A stretch of 25,667 bases of DNA. It comes from Anaerolineae bacterium. Lineage in GTDB: Bacteria; Chloroflexota; Anaerolineae; JAAYZQ01. Every line of letters begins with the position of its first letter. Position 1 is the stretch's first letter. The stretch is from NCBI GenBank assembly GCA_035461725.1, contig DATHUZ010000505.1, forward strand, positions 1-25,667, given 5' to 3'. Shown piece by piece: positions 25,484-25,667 of the stretch. A program made the position numbers and the translations under genes. The notes beneath the pieces were generated by a model. The model saw only the letters and a program-made list of their open reading frames with translations, ran no database searches and was not told the origin of the DNA.

Positions 25484-25512
25484 ATTATAGCCTACCCGTG
25501 TCCAGAAGTCAA
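25484..25512 (-). promoter_or_regulatory. Sigma-70 promoter of the lipS2-proC-lipM operon
   Basis: Minus strand TTGACT (25512-25507), 17-nt spacer, TATAAT (25489-25484). Confidence 0.75.
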
Positions 25513-25527
25513 TGGAAGGTTGAGCAG

Positions 25528-25556
25528 TTGGCAGGGCTGCTACTATGTGATAAAAT
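25528..25556 (+). promoter_or_regulatory. Sigma-70 promoter for the deaminase gene
   Basis: TTGGCA (25528-25533), 17-nt spacer, TGn-TAAAAT (25551-25556). Confidence 0.65.
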
Positions 25557-25601
25557 GAAACAATTCGAGAGAATGGCTGTATTAATGGCTGGGAGGGAGT
25601 A

Positions 25602-25667
25602 TTGAGCCTGTACGACGTGGTCGCCGAGATGCCAAAGGTGGAGCTGCACGTGCACCTGGAAGGGAGC
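25602..25667 (+). CDS. add: Adenosine/adenine deaminase family protein, 5' end only (runs off the window)
   Basis: SD GGAGGGAG, TTG start; MSLYDVVAEMPKVELHVHLEGS contains the PKxELHxHLEGS metal-binding motif. Confidence 0.85.
   Translation, partial: MSLYDVVAEMPKVELHVHLEGS

Overview
GC-rich chromosomal window of a bacterium, most likely Chloroflexota (Anaerolineae-like). That assignment is inferred from the 'YLPL' motif, an LGFP-like C-terminal domain and Pro/Thr-linker lipoproteins. No mobile element, CRISPR array, rRNA or tRNA was seen. Gene order: membrane-anchored rhodanese (-), rpoD-type sigma factor (-), secreted LTD/DUF11/phospholipase D protein (+), an orphan CDF-transporter C-terminal fragment (+), DUF3309 small membrane protein (+), a three-repeat Tyr/Trp-rich protein (+), then a minus-strand run of DEAD-box helicase, TPR protein, nfo, PduO-type adenosyltransferase, PfpI and a degenerate DNA-methyltransferase-like protein. 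These are followed by two surface lipoproteins (+), a SufR-like regulator, LipM-like transferase, proC and LipS2-type radical SAM (all -), and the start of an adenosine deaminase-family gene (+). The standout is the rhodanese. The ORF track stops it at a TGA, but the frame continues TAC-TGA-ACT-TGA and then completes the rhodanese fold, with both UGAs at active-site-loop Cys positions. This points to a selenoprotein with a U-x-U motif and candidate SECIS hairpins. Next most notable are an intact but apparently catalytically dead methyltransferase-like protein ending in a beta-clamp-like motif, a lipS2-proC-lipM operon, and a start-less CDF domain remnant in frame behind the PLD stop codon.
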